Below, one piece after another: positions 53,624-63,779 of a stretch of 64,000 bases of DNA; position 1 is the first letter of the stretch; each line of letters begins with the position of its first letter. The notes under the pieces were generated by a model that was given only the letters and a program-made list of their open reading frames with translations, did not search any database and was not told the DNA's origin. Source of the stretch: Kiritimatiellia bacterium (GTDB taxonomy: Bacteria > Verrucomicrobiota > Kiritimatiellia > RFP12 > UBA1067); the NCBI GenBank assembly GCA_050949565.1, contig JBMNFY010000017.1, forward strand, positions 1,431,299 through 1,495,298. The letters run 5' to 3'. The position numbers were made by a program, and so were the translations under genes.

Positions 53624-55105
53624 TCATCCCCTCGCAAACGGATCCCAGCCCTTGCGATAGGCCTTCGTGACATTCTTGTCGGCTTCCGCATTGTTCGTCA
53701 CATGATGGCCGTCCCACTCCAGCACCGAGCCCTTTCCGGCCACTGACGAGATGTTGCCGAGGCAGACCGTCTTCGCGAGCGGAACCGAATACTCAAAGTT
53801 GTCGTTCGCTTCGCGCTGTTCGCGGATCGCCTTGTAGAATTCGTAGAAGTGCATCGGCGTCACGCGGCGGTAGTTGAAGTCGTGCGGACGGTCCACGCGC
53901 GGGATGCACCAGCCCGCCGAACGCGGCATGAAGCGATAGCCGCCGTGATGCGTGAACCAGAGATTCGCCTTCGTGCCGACGAAAAGGACCCCGTTCTTGT
54001 AAAACGGATCGTTCTCAAAGCCGTTTGCCTTCTCGACCTCGAGAACCTTCGGCGGGATATTGAGATGCTCGCGCTTATGGGGCATACCGAACTTGTTGAC
54101 GAATTCCTTCGTGTAGGGCACGCCTTCGTTGAGTCCGTCCCACCAGTGCATCGTCACCTCGTGGCCGAACTTCGAGGTCGGATAGTGGAACTCGAACGCA
54201 TCGCGGAAGCCCCAGGCGCCTTCAAGCGCGAACTGCGCATCGTGACACGTCACGCGATCGGGATCCTTGAGGCCGAGCGCCCAGAACGCGACATCCATGA
54301 TGTGCATGCCGAGGTTGCCGATCGACCCGTTGCCATAGCCGATCCAACTGTGCCAGCCGTGCGGATGCATGCCGTCCTGGTCAGGAGTTTCTGGGTAGTA
54401 GTCGCAGATGGGCGAGCCGCCGCACCAGAGATCCCAGTCCATCCCCTTCGGCGGCGGAGCGGCCGCGGGACGCTGGTAGATGGAATTACAACGGTCGTCG
54501 TAAGCCCAGACCTCCTTCACCTCTCCGAGATTCCCCTCGGCGATGCGGTCGACACAGTACTTCATTGACGGGAAGGAGTGTCCGTACGTGCCGCACTGCG
54601 TCACGATACCCGGACGCTTACGCGCCTCGGCGAGGATGAGGTCGCATTCGGCCACTGTAAGACAGAGAGGCTTGTCGAGATAAACGTGGATGCCGCGGCG
54701 CAGCGCCATCACCGCCGGCAGCGTGTGCTGATGGTTCGGGGTTTCAACGACGATGGCATCGATCTCGTCACCCATCTGATCAAACATGTCCTGATAGGTG
54801 GAGAAGCGCCGCGCGGACGCGAAGTTCGCCTTGTCTGCGGCACTGCACGTCTTGGCGACGAGCTTTTCAAGAATGTCGAAACGGACCGGATCGGGATCGA
54901 CGATCGCAACGAGATTTTCGCAGAGAACCCCGTCGATCATACATCCCGTCTGCAATCCGCATCCGATCAGCGCGACGCGGATTTTCGCGCCCTTGGCGAT
55001 CTGGCGGTTACGCGAGAGGCCGAAGCCTGCGCAACCGATATTAAAGAGCGGCAAGGCCGAAGCCGCCGCGACGCCCTTCAGAAGATTCCGTCGATTGGTG
55101 TTCAT
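53624..55105 (-). CDS. Tat-secreted Gfo/Idh/MocA-fold protein, GH109-like (NAD-dependent glycosidase candidate)
   Basis: Tat motif 'NRRNLLKGVAAASALP'; 'ALIGCG' Rossmann motif; about 490 aa, typical of GH109. Confidence 0.6.
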   Translation of the reverse strand: MNTNRRNLLKGVAAASALPLFNIGCAGFGLSRNRQIAKGAKIRVALIGCGLQTGCMIDGVLCENLVAIVDPDPVRFDILEKLVAKTCSAADKANFASARRFSTYQDMFDQMGDEIDAIVVETPNHQHTLPAVMALRRGIHVYLDKPLCLTVAECDLILAEARKRPGIVTQCGTYGHSFPSMKYCVDRIAEGNLGEVKEVWAYDDRCNSIYQRPAAAPPPKGMDWDLWCGGSPICDYYPETPDQDGMHPHGWHSWIGYGNGSIGNLGMHIMDVAFWALGLKDPDRVTCHDAQFALEGAWGFRDAFEFHYPTSKFGHEVTMHWWDGLNEGVPYTKEFVNKFGMPHKREHLNIPPKVLEVEKANGFENDPFYKNGVLFVGTKANLWFTHHGGYRFMPRSAGWCIPRVDRPHDFNYRRVTPMHFYEFYKAIREQREANDNFEYSVPLAKTVCLGNISSVAGKGSVLEWDGHHVTNNAEADKNVTKAYRKGWDPFARG

Positions 55106-55179
55106 GTTCCCGCTCCTTTTGATGCTCATGTTACCATCTTCTTTCCGGGATTTCATCCTCAACCTCATGCCGAACAGCA

Positions 55180-55310
55180 ATCGGTTAGTGACGGGGGCAC
55201 GCGAGGATCATGCGTTTCTGGTGAAAAGGGGAGCCGAGAGTCGGTTTTTGGACATGATAGACATGAGCACCAACCACGCACTCGACTCGCACCCCCTGTC
55301 ACTAACCGAT
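55180..55310. mobile_element. Complete ~130-bp MITE with 26-bp TIRs (ATCGGTTAGTGACGGGGGCACGCGAG / CTCGACTCGCACCCCCTGTCACTAACCGAT)
   Basis: Direct inspection; lies between the GH109-like gene start and the giant gene. Confidence 0.7.
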
Positions 55311-55484
55311 TATTTTTTACGCGCTGTTTTCGCTTGATCGTGAAAGCGTATAGGCGTTAAGCTACGGGCGATCTATCCCCTGTATCTTTAGGTGAAGAAC
55401 GATTCGCACGACGAAAGGAGATTGACATGATCCGTCATTGTGTCCGTAGTTCACGCTTGGCCGCGTTTGTGACCTCTGGTAGCC

Positions 55485-58400
55485 GTGAGCGCTGTCTCGG
55501 CAGTGGATTCTGTTTGGATTGGAGGTGCCACAGGCTCGTGGACAGACGCCGCCAACTGGTCGGACGGCGTGCCGCAAGCCGCGTCCGACACGGCAACCTT
55601 CAACACCCCGGCGGTTGTCACGATCCCGGCAAGCATCACGCTGAAAACGATCTTCGCCAATGCCCCGGCCACCGTCACGGTCGCGGCGGGTGCAACGCTC
55701 GCCCTCTCGAACGGCGGCGGCGATATTCTGGTCGCCAGTGCGGACTTCATCCTCGGCGGCGACGGCGACATTACGGTCTCGCGCAACGGCACGTCCACCA
55801 CCGATTTTGCGAATATCAAGCCAGCGGCAGGCACCACCCTCACAATCGCCGCCCGCATCACCGGCGTGGAGGGTTCGGGCGTCGAGTTGAACGCGGCGGG
55901 TACCCTGCTGCTGACGAATCCCGGCAACTCCTTCACAGGGACAACCCGCATCTCGAGGGGCAACGGCACCGTCGTGTTCACCGATCCCGCCGCGCTGGGC
56001 GTGACGGCCGTGCGCTCCGACGGCAGCCCGTCCAAATTCGTCTACACCGGCACCTCGCAAGCCACGCTAACGCTCCCCGTCCAACTCAGCGCCGGCAGCA
56101 CGTCGTTCGAAAACGCAGGCGGCGGTCCCTTGACCTTCAGCGGTGCCATCGCCCCCATTTCCTCCGGCACCAAAACGCTGACCTTCAGCGGTACGCAGAC
56201 CAACATCCTCAGCGGCACGCTCTCCAACGGCACCGGTGCCCTGAATGTCGTCGTAGCAGGCGGCGGCACGCTCGTTTTCTCCGGTACGGCCACTGACAAC
56301 GCCTTTACCGTCAACGAAGGCGGCACGCTGGCAGTCGGTCCCGGCGCGACCTTCAACACCACCTTGCTCACTTGTCAGGCAGGCAGTACCCTAGCGTTCA
56401 ACCCGGCGGCGGCAGACAATTTTGCCGTCACCCTGCCGCTGACCAACGCGCTCAACGGTGCCGGTGTCCGCTGGTTGATCCCGAACGCCCCCTCTGCTTC
56501 GACCGTCGCCGTACCGACGCTCGAACGTGTCACAGGTGCCACTCTGGACGTCGTGGCTCCGGCGCTGGGCACCCCTTCCAACCGACTCGTGATCCAGAAC
56601 CTGACCCCCGGCCCGCTGCCCGCCTGGTTCACCGTCAACGGCCAGCCCGCCGTTTATGATGCCGCGCTGGGCGTGTTGGCCGCGAGCGCCACCGGCCCGA
56701 CCGTTTCCCTGACAGCGCTCGGCCCTTCGGTGATCCCGGACGACGCGACCGCCGCCGCCGTCATCGACGCCGCCGGCACAGCGGGCGGCATCACGCTTGC
56801 CGCTGATCCCACGCACCTCTTCTCGCTCACGCAACAACATGCGGACAATCCTGCGGCCGTCGACCTCGGCGGGCAGACCCTCGCCGCTTCACTTGTTGCC
56901 ATCGACGCGAACGGCAACAACCTGACACTCGCCAACGGTACGCTGACCACGCCCTCCGCCCAGACCCCGCCCAGCGGCGCCGCCGTGCTGCCCACGCTTC
57001 CGGCCGCCCCGCTGGCCTGGTACGACCTCGCCGACGCCGCGACCGTCACCACCGATGCCGACGGTCGTATCACACGGGTGGCCAACAAAGGCTCGCGCGG
57101 TAGCGAGTTGGACGCCGCCGTGCCCGGCGACCGTATCGGACCGCGCTATGTCCCGGGGGCGGTCAACGGACTCGGCGTCGCGCGGGCCGACGGCATCGCG
57201 CCGCCGCAGGGCCTCGCCTCGCTTGGCACCCCCGGCATCTCCGGTAAGGCCCCGCGCACCACCTTTTTGGTCGCAGCGCGCCATCCCACCTCGCGAAACA
57301 ACTTCTACGCCCTCTATCTTGGTTCCGATGCCGGCAACAACCAAGACTTCACCACCTGCGAGCGCTATTACGTCACGTCCTTCTCCACCAAGGACAATGA
57401 CCTCGACATCACCACGCCCTCGCCCGCCGGGCATAATGTACTGACCTTTATCTCGGGCCTCAACGACATACCGGACGCCGGCGCGGGCTATCGCAACGGC
57501 GTGCTGCTCGGCACCAAGACCTTCGCCTTTGCCACGGTCGACGCCCCCATCCACCTGCTGCACCGCCCGAACACCGCCGCCAATTTCTCGGGGCCCGGCG
57601 ATGTGGCCGAAGTGCTTGTCTTCGACTACACGCTCTCGGACACCGACCGCGCGGCCGTCGAAGCCTACCTTATGCAGAAATGGCGGATCACTGCGCAACG
57701 CGATGAGACGTTGCTGGCATTGCGTAACGACAACCCAGACGCTGAACTGACCGTCACGGCCAACGTGGCCGACGCCTACGGCACGCACCTCGCGCTCGCC
57801 AAGTCCGGCCCCGGCAACGTGACGCTTGGTGGTCCGCTCGACTTCACCGGGCCACTCCTGATTCAGGACGGATTTCTCACGTTTGACATACCCGCCGATC
57901 GCTCCGCTGTCGTGAACGCGGCCATCAGCGGTCTCGGAACGCTGTGCAAGACCGGGGCCGGTGGCCTGGCCCTCTCCCTGCCCAGTCCCTTCTCGGGCGG
58001 TACCCTTATCCAGGGCGGCACCCTCTACCCCGGACACAACGGCTCGCTTGGTAGCGGTCCCGTCTCCATCGCGAACGGCGGCGCGCTGGATATCGCCAAC
58101 GCGCCGGCCACCGCCAACCCCGTCACAGGTACCGCGTCCATCGCCAATCCGATCACAGCGGAAGGCACCGGCCCGGACGGCTTGGGCGCCCTGCGCCACA
58201 GCGGCGGCGTCAGCCAGCAGAACGCCTTCAGGAACGTGGCGCTCTCAGGTGACACGGCCGTCTATTCGGCCTCGCGCTTCGATGTGCGCGGCGGCGCCTT
58301 CGATTTCGGCGGCCACGCGCTGACCGTCAACGGCGGCGGCGAATTCTCCATCGTGCAGTCGGCGGTCTCCAATGTGACCGCCGCTACTTCCGTGCAGATC

Positions 58401-61400
58401 GCCGACGGCATGTTCCGCTTTGAGCAGAGCGACTTCCAAGGCTCGGCGGCCACGGTCGCCGACGCCGCCGCCGGCGCGGGCGTCTGCCTGTATCAGATGA
58501 CAGCGCCCCTGCTGTGGTCGCTGAATCTTGCGGACAACGCCTATTTCCGCGTCAACAACGGCAACATGGACACCAATCTGAATGTCTGGGCCGGGCCGGT
58601 GACGCTCGCCGCAGGCACGTCGCGCCTCAATGCCCTGCCCGGCGGAACCGCCGCCATCACCGGCGCCGTCGGCGGAGACGGCGGCCTGCTCAAGGAGGGC
58701 GAAGGCTGGTTCTGGCTCTTCAACCCGGCCAACACGTACGCCGGCGCCACCACCGTGACACAGGGCAACCTCTACGCCGTCGCGCCCGGTACACTGGGTG
58801 CGCAGGCCGTCGCGGGCCTCACCGTTTCCGACACCGGCGCCTTCATCGCCCGTGTCGCCTCCGGCACCTCCGCCGACGGCTTCAGCCACGCGCAGCTCAC
58901 GGCCCTGGCCGATACAACGTTCTCCACGGCACCCGCCTCCACCGCCCTCGGCTTCGACACCTGTTACGAGGATTTCGCCTTCACGAGCGACTTCCCGTTC
59001 ATCGGACTGAAAAAACTCGGGACGCACACGCTCAGCCTCACGGGCAGCGCTCCCGATCTGGGTCCGGTCGATGTGTACAACGGGGAACTCGACCTGACCG
59101 CCACCGGCAACCACGCGCTGCACACCTATTCGGTCGCCGTCGGCGCAGCACCCGACGCCTCCGCACGCGCCGTCCTGCGACTGGCCGGCACCGCGCTCAA
59201 CACGGATGATCCCGGCTACAGCCGGACCGGTCCGGCGCTGCTCGTCGGCGCGGCATCCGACTCCCGCGCCATTCTGCATGTCGGCGAGGGCGCCGTCGCC
59301 AACGGACGGCTGCTCGTCGGCAACGGCACCGGCTCCGCCGGCGCCGTCTATCAGACCGCAGGGGTCGTGACCAACACGGGCGGCACCGCCAACGACAGTC
59401 GCATCGGCGAAAACGGTTTCGGTTATTACCGCCTCGACGGCGGCGAACTGGCCAACAAGGGCTATGTCCAGCTCGGCCGCAACAGCGGGGCCACGGGTAT
59501 CATCGAACAGCGTGGCGGCACGCTGCGTATCAACACCGGTGTCGCCCCCGCCAGCGGCGTCATCGGCGACTACTACAACGGCACCCTCTCCTGCCGCGCC
59601 GGCGTGGGCATCTTCCATCTGGCGGGCGGCGTGTTCGACACAGGCGGCCACTCCCTCCAGCTCGGCGAGTGGGCAGGTGAGAACAACTACTCCAACGGGT
59701 TCGCCGTGCTCACGCTCGAAAACGACGCCCAAGCCGTCGTCAACAGTGAGATCCGCCTCGCCAATCGCAACGGGGCGCCGGAAGCGTACGTCAACCTCAA
59801 CGGCGGCGCGCTGACCGCCCGCTACTTCCAAAAGGGCGGCAACAACGCTGCCGGCAATGCGTCGGCCGCCGCGATCGCCTTCAACGGCGGCGTGCTGCGC
59901 GTGGCCGATCAGGGCAATACCGCGTCGTCCTTGGTCCGTACCGGCAGCAACAACAGCCCGGCCATGCTCAACGTCTACGCGGGCGGCGCCGTGATCGAAA
60001 CGCCCGGCGCCGGCGGCGGCACCACAGCTCGACCAGCCGCTGCAGCGCGCCGTCCGGCCTCGGCGTCGCATCCGTCACCGTCACCGCGCCCGGTAGCAGG
60101 CTACATCGCGCCGCCGGCCGTGCTCTTCTCGGGCGGCAACGGCTCCGGCGCCACGGCCATCGCAGAGATCGACACCGCGACCGGTACGCTGACTGCCATC
60201 CGCGTGACCTCGCCCGGCACGGGATATACATCCGCGCCGACCGTCGTCCTGCGTGGCGGAGGCGGCACCGCAGCCGCGGCCTCGGCTGCCGTTGCCACGT
60301 CCGCCAGCGGCGGCCTCACCAAGCTCGGCACCGGCCTGCTCAACCTGGCCGCCGCCAACACCTACACCGGCCCCACCATCGTCTCCAACGGCACCCTGCG
60401 CCTCGCGGCCGGCAACCAAACCCTCTCGCCGGCCAGCGCGCTCACCCTCGCCGGCGGCACGCTGGATCTGGCGGCGCCACGGTCACCAACTTCCAGCCCG
60501 TGGCCATCGAGAGCGGACGCCTCGTCAACGGCAGCCTCTCGGCCCAGTCCTTCACCAAGACCGGCCCAGGCACGGCCACCCTCACGGCCGCGCCGGTGGT
60601 TCCATCGCCCGAAGCCCTTTTCCAAAGTTACGTACGGACCCTCGCTCCCGTGGCGCTGGTACGACCCCTCGGACTCGTCCGCCGTCACCCTCAACGGGGC
60701 AGGGCGCGTCGTTGCGCTCGCCAACAAGGGCACGCGCGGCGCCGCCCTCGACGCCGCCCCCACGGCCGCGCCCAACCTCTCCAACCCGCCTCTCCTCGCC
60801 ACCGGCACGCTCTCCTACGCCGCCTCTGGCCTGCCCATGCTCAAGATCGACGCCAACAATACCGGGCTCGTCTCGACAGAAGCCCTCGGCATCACCGGCG
60901 CCGTCCCCCGTACGGTTGTCACCGTCCTCACCCGCGAGTCCGACACCACCGCCGCCTACACCTGCTTCGGTGCCGCCTCCGCCGGCCAGATGTGGGAAGT
61001 CGGCGACCGCGCCGACAACTCTTCCGTCGTCATTGGCGGCTACTCCGACTTCGACCTGAGCATGTCGCCCCGGCCCACGGCCAAGGTCGCCCACGTCGTC
61101 TATTCCCAGCTCACGACCGCCAAAAAATCGGAGGCCTGGCGCACCGGCGACGGCCAGAATTACAATTCCCTGACCACCGCCGGGGACTTCAACACCGCCG
61201 ACTCGCGCTTCGTCATCGGCAACCGCATCGACGCCGGCAAGACCACGGCGCGCGGCGAGATCGGCGAAATCCTCATCTTCGACCGCCTTCTCTCTGCTGG
61301 CGAACGCGAGCAGCTCATGGAGATGCTCCGGCAGAAATGGACAACCGCCGAAGGCTTGGCCGAGCCGGAAGACGCCGCCGAGCCCGTCACCGTCGCCGAA

Positions 61401-62600
61401 GGCACACTGCGGCTCGCGCCCGGCGCGGAGGCGATCGCGGCCCTCGCGCCGACCGTCTGGTATGACCCGTCCGATCCCGCCACCGTCACCACCGACGCCG
61501 CCGGACGTGTCACCGCCCTCGCCAACAAAGGCACGCGCGGAACATCCATGGATGCCGGTATCCAGCCCAACTACCAAGGTCCGCTGCTGGTGACCGACGC
61601 CGACTCCTACTCCGCAGCCGGACGACCGATGCTCAAGATCGACAGCAACACCACCGGCCTCCGTTCCGCCTCCAACACCGGCATCAGCGGCGCGATGCCG
61701 CGCATCTTGATCGCCGTGCTCTCGCGCGATGTCGGAACCGGATCGGACGACCAGCAGGCGGTCGTCGCCTTCGGCAATCAGAGCGCACCCCGCGCGATGT
61801 ACGAGTTGACCGATCGGGCGTTCGGCAACTGTTTCGGTAACAACAGCGACGATCTTTCCATCTCGCCGGTGCTCCCTCCGGCCGCCGCCAACGTCTACAT
61901 GATGGAAGCCACGGCGGCCGACATCATCACCGGCTGGCGCTCGGGAGGCGTTCCCTCCAAGGTCAGCAAAGTGCTGGGCGGCGACTGGGTTACGGTCGAC
62001 ACGCCGATCTGCCTCGGCTACCGGCCTCACACTCACCGCACCACGTTCCGCGGCCAGATCGGCGAGGTGCTGCTCTTCGACCGGCTGCTCAGCGAACGGG
62101 AGCGTGCCGACGTCGAGGACTACCTCGTCAACAAATGGACGCGGGCGGATGGCGCGGACGGCCTCTTTGACGGTGCGGTGTTCGATGTCGCCGCCGGTGC
62201 CACGCTTGACTTGGGTGGTGCGCGTTCCGGTGTCACCGTCACTGGCAGTGGCACGCTGGCGAACGGCACGCTCGGCGCGGGCTTCATCATCAGTCCCGCC
62301 GGTGATGACGCGATCGGCGAGCTTGCGCTGAACGGCGTCACCTTCGGTGCGGGTGCAGAATACCGCCTGACCGTCCTCGACACGGCCAGTGATCGCCTGT
62401 TGGTTGACGGCGACCTCAGCGCCCTGACGGTCGTGCCCGCCACCGCTGCGGAACTCACCGGCACCAGTTACGTCATTGCGACCGGTGCCATCACCGGCAA
62501 GCCCGCGCTCAGCGGCTTCCCGGAGAAGTTCAAGGTGATCCAGCAGGGTAATGACCTGCTGCTCACCAGTATTGGGGGCACGGTTCTGATGCTGCGCTGA
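55485..62600 (+). CDS. Giant surface protein (2371 aa) with many autotransporter-associated beta-strand repeats and three LamG/ConA-like domains
   Basis: Repeated 'G.LTL.G.NTYTG.T.V..GTL' modules. Three '...VLVFDYTLSDTDRAAVEAYLMQKW'-type LamG endings. GTG start with no signal peptide; see the start-site finding. Confidence 0.75.
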   Translation: MSAVSAVDSVWIGGATGSWTDAANWSDGVPQAASDTATFNTPAVVTIPASITLKTIFANAPATVTVAAGATLALSNGGGDILVASADFILGGDGDITVSRNGTSTTDFANIKPAAGTTLTIAARITGVEGSGVELNAAGTLLLTNPGNSFTGTTRISRGNGTVVFTDPAALGVTAVRSDGSPSKFVYTGTSQATLTLPVQLSAGSTSFENAGGGPLTFSGAIAPISSGTKTLTFSGTQTNILSGTLSNGTGALNVVVAGGGTLVFSGTATDNAFTVNEGGTLAVGPGATFNTTLLTCQAGSTLAFNPAAADNFAVTLPLTNALNGAGVRWLIPNAPSASTVAVPTLERVTGATLDVVAPALGTPSNRLVIQNLTPGPLPAWFTVNGQPAVYDAALGVLAASATGPTVSLTALGPSVIPDDATAAAVIDAAGTAGGITLAADPTHLFSLTQQHADNPAAVDLGGQTLAASLVAIDANGNNLTLANGTLTTPSAQTPPSGAAVLPTLPAAPLAWYDLADAATVTTDADGRITRVANKGSRGSELDAAVPGDRIGPRYVPGAVNGLGVARADGIAPPQGLASLGTPGISGKAPRTTFLVAARHPTSRNNFYALYLGSDAGNNQDFTTCERYYVTSFSTKDNDLDITTPSPAGHNVLTFISGLNDIPDAGAGYRNGVLLGTKTFAFATVDAPIHLLHRPNTAANFSGPGDVAEVLVFDYTLSDTDRAAVEAYLMQKWRITAQRDETLLALRNDNPDAELTVTANVADAYGTHLALAKSGPGNVTLGGPLDFTGPLLIQDGFLTFDIPADRSAVVNAAISGLGTLCKTGAGGLALSLPSPFSGGTLIQGGTLYPGHNGSLGSGPVSIANGGALDIANAPATANPVTGTASIANPITAEGTGPDGLGALRHSGGVSQQNAFRNVALSGDTAVYSASRFDVRGGAFDFGGHALTVNGGGEFSIVQSAVSNVTAATSVQIADGMFRFEQSDFQGSAATVADAAAGAGVCLYQMTAPLLWSLNLADNAYFRVNNGNMDTNLNVWAGPVTLAAGTSRLNALPGGTAAITGAVGGDGGLLKEGEGWFWLFNPANTYAGATTVTQGNLYAVAPGTLGAQAVAGLTVSDTGAFIARVASGTSADGFSHAQLTALADTTFSTAPASTALGFDTCYEDFAFTSDFPFIGLKKLGTHTLSLTGSAPDLGPVDVYNGELDLTATGNHALHTYSVAVGAAPDASARAVLRLAGTALNTDDPGYSRTGPALLVGAASDSRAILHVGEGAVANGRLLVGNGTGSAGAVYQTAGVVTNTGGTANDSRIGENGFGYYRLDGGELANKGYVQLGRNSGATGIIEQRGGTLRINTGVAPASGVIGDYYNGTLSCRAGVGIFHLAGGVFDTGGHSLQLGEWAGENNYSNGFAVLTLENDAQAVVNSEIRLANRNGAPEAYVNLNGGALTARYFQKGGNNAAGNASAAAIAFNGGVLRVADQGNTASSLVRTGSNNSPAMLNVYAGGAVIETPGAGGGTTARPAAAARRPASASHPSPSPRPVAGYIAPPAVLFSGGNGSGATAIAEIDTATGTLTAIRVTSPGTGYTSAPTVVLRGGGGTAAAASAAVATSASGGLTKLGTGLLNLAAANTYTGPTIVSNGTLRLAAGNQTLSPASALTLAGGTLDLAAPRSPTSSPWPSRADASSTAASRPSPSPRPAQARPPSRPRRWFHRPKPFSKVTYGPSLPWRWYDPSDSSAVTLNGAGRVVALANKGTRGAALDAAPTAAPNLSNPPLLATGTLSYAASGLPMLKIDANNTGLVSTEALGITGAVPRTVVTVLTRESDTTAAYTCFGAASAGQMWEVGDRADNSSVVIGGYSDFDLSMSPRPTAKVAHVVYSQLTTAKKSEAWRTGDGQNYNSLTTAGDFNTADSRFVIGNRIDAGKTTARGEIGEILIFDRLLSAGEREQLMEMLRQKWTTAEGLAEPEDAAEPVTVAEGTLRLAPGAEAIAALAPTVWYDPSDPATVTTDAAGRVTALANKGTRGTSMDAGIQPNYQGPLLVTDADSYSAAGRPMLKIDSNTTGLRSASNTGISGAMPRILIAVLSRDVGTGSDDQQAVVAFGNQSAPRAMYELTDRAFGNCFGNNSDDLSISPVLPPAAANVYMMEATAADIITGWRSGGVPSKVSKVLGGDWVTVDTPICLGYRPHTHRTTFRGQIGEVLLFDRLLSERERADVEDYLVNKWTRADGADGLFDGAVFDVAAGATLDLGGARSGVTVTGSGTLANGTLGAGFIISPAGDDAIGELALNGVTFGAGAEYRLTVLDTASDRLLVDGDLSALTVVPATAAELTGTSYVIATGAITGKPALSGFPEKFKVIQQGNDLLLTSIGGTVLMLR

Positions 62601-62608
62601 CCATTGAG

Positions 62609-63166
62609 TTATTCACCCAGCGGAATCACCGCCTTGACGCGGTAGAACTGCGCGGCGGGCGGCGGACCGGCGGGGGGTGCGGTGTCGACCTCGCGCGTCA
62701 TGGTGGCGCCCGCGTCGGGAACCATCACGCCCAAGCCCGTCGGCGACCGGTCATTGGTCGACAGCGTCGGCGACCGCCACAGTTCGTAGAAGCGGGTCTG
62801 CTCAACGGTCCACGTCAGGCGGTTGGTCGTGCTGGACCGCGAGAACGCGGTGAAGGCCAGTCGCGACTGGCCGTCCAGCGGGTCGGTGTCGGCGCCGTAT
62901 TCGTCAATGTCGCACACGCCGTCGCCGTCCGCGTCGTGCGCCCCGCCCTCCAGGGCGGTGAGGCCGCCGGTCATCCGCATCTCCCACGGGTCGGGGATGC
63001 CGTCACCATCGCTGTCCGGGCCCGCGCTCAGCACCGTCGTGCGGACGCCGCCGAGGCTGATCCAGCCGAGGTTTGCGCCCCACGCGCAGCCGCTCAGGTC
63101 GCCGGTTACGAGATTCACCTGCGGGTCGCCCGTCTCCTCAAAGGCGATCCAGCCCGCGTTCGCGCT
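62609..63166 (-). pseudogene. N-terminally truncated remnant of a repeat protein (G-W-I repeats plus TSP3 Ca-binding motifs)
   Basis: The frame is open upstream to a stop at 63167-63169 with no ATG. 'DSDGDGIPD...DADGDGVCD'. It overlaps the AraC fragment. Confidence 0.5.
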
Positions 63167-63195
63167 TCACCCACACCCGCGTCATCACCCGGCTC

Positions 63196-63546
63196 TCGAC
63201 CGATGCGGATGCCCTCGACGATCCCTTTGTCGCCGCCGCCCTGCGCTTCGTGCGCAACAACCTCTCCCAGAAACTCGATGCCGCCATGATCGCACGCAAG
63301 GTCGGCTACTCGAAACGGATGCTCCAGATCCGGGCCGAACATGCGCTCGGGCACACCCTTGGCGAGGAAATCCGGCGCATCCGCCTGGCCGCTGCACGTG
63401 AACTCATCGCCGAGACCGACAATCCCCTTGCCGAAATCGCCGAGGACTGCGGCTTCAGCTCCGTCTCGCACCTCACGCTCCGCTTTCGTGAAGCGTTCAA
63501 TATGACGCCGCTCGCGTTCCGGCATTCACAGCCCTACCACCGTTAG
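63196..63546 (+). pseudogene. C-terminal AraC/XylS-type HTH DNA-binding domain fragment; the N-terminal sensor domain is missing
   Basis: 'IAEDCGFSSVSHLTLRFREAFNMTPLAFR' AraC HTH signature. Upstream in-frame sequence is Arg-rich nonsense overlapping the opposite-strand ORF. Confidence 0.6.
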
Positions 63547-63581
63547 TGCCTTATCGACCGATAAGGCCAATAAAAAACAAG

Positions 63582-63710
63582 TTGTTTGTTTAACGCAGAG
63601 GCGCAGAGACGCAGAGGTTTTTTTGGAGGGAACGCGCTCCCGGACAAACTAATGCACTAAGTAACTAACGCACTAATTAACTTGGGTTGCGGGCTGCGCC
63701 CGCATTAGCA
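63582..63710. repeat. Partial MITE copy: GTTTAACGCAGAGGCGCAGAGACGCAGAGGTTTTTTTGGAGGG plus TTGGGTTGCGGGCTGCGCCCGCATTAG (reverse complement of 43441-43467)
   Basis: Direct comparison with 43157-43545. Confidence 0.65.
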
Positions 63711-63779
63711 ACCCGCCGATTGACAAATCGGCGAGGCTGGCGTAACGTAGCCTTGTGTTGTGAGTCGGGAGGTTTTGTT

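Noticed and set aside
55427-56296. 289-aa ORF starting at the SD+ATG at 55427
   Set aside because: The translation is Arg/His-rich nonsense overlapping the giant gene frame. Only its first ~20 codons may be real, as discussed in the start-site finding.
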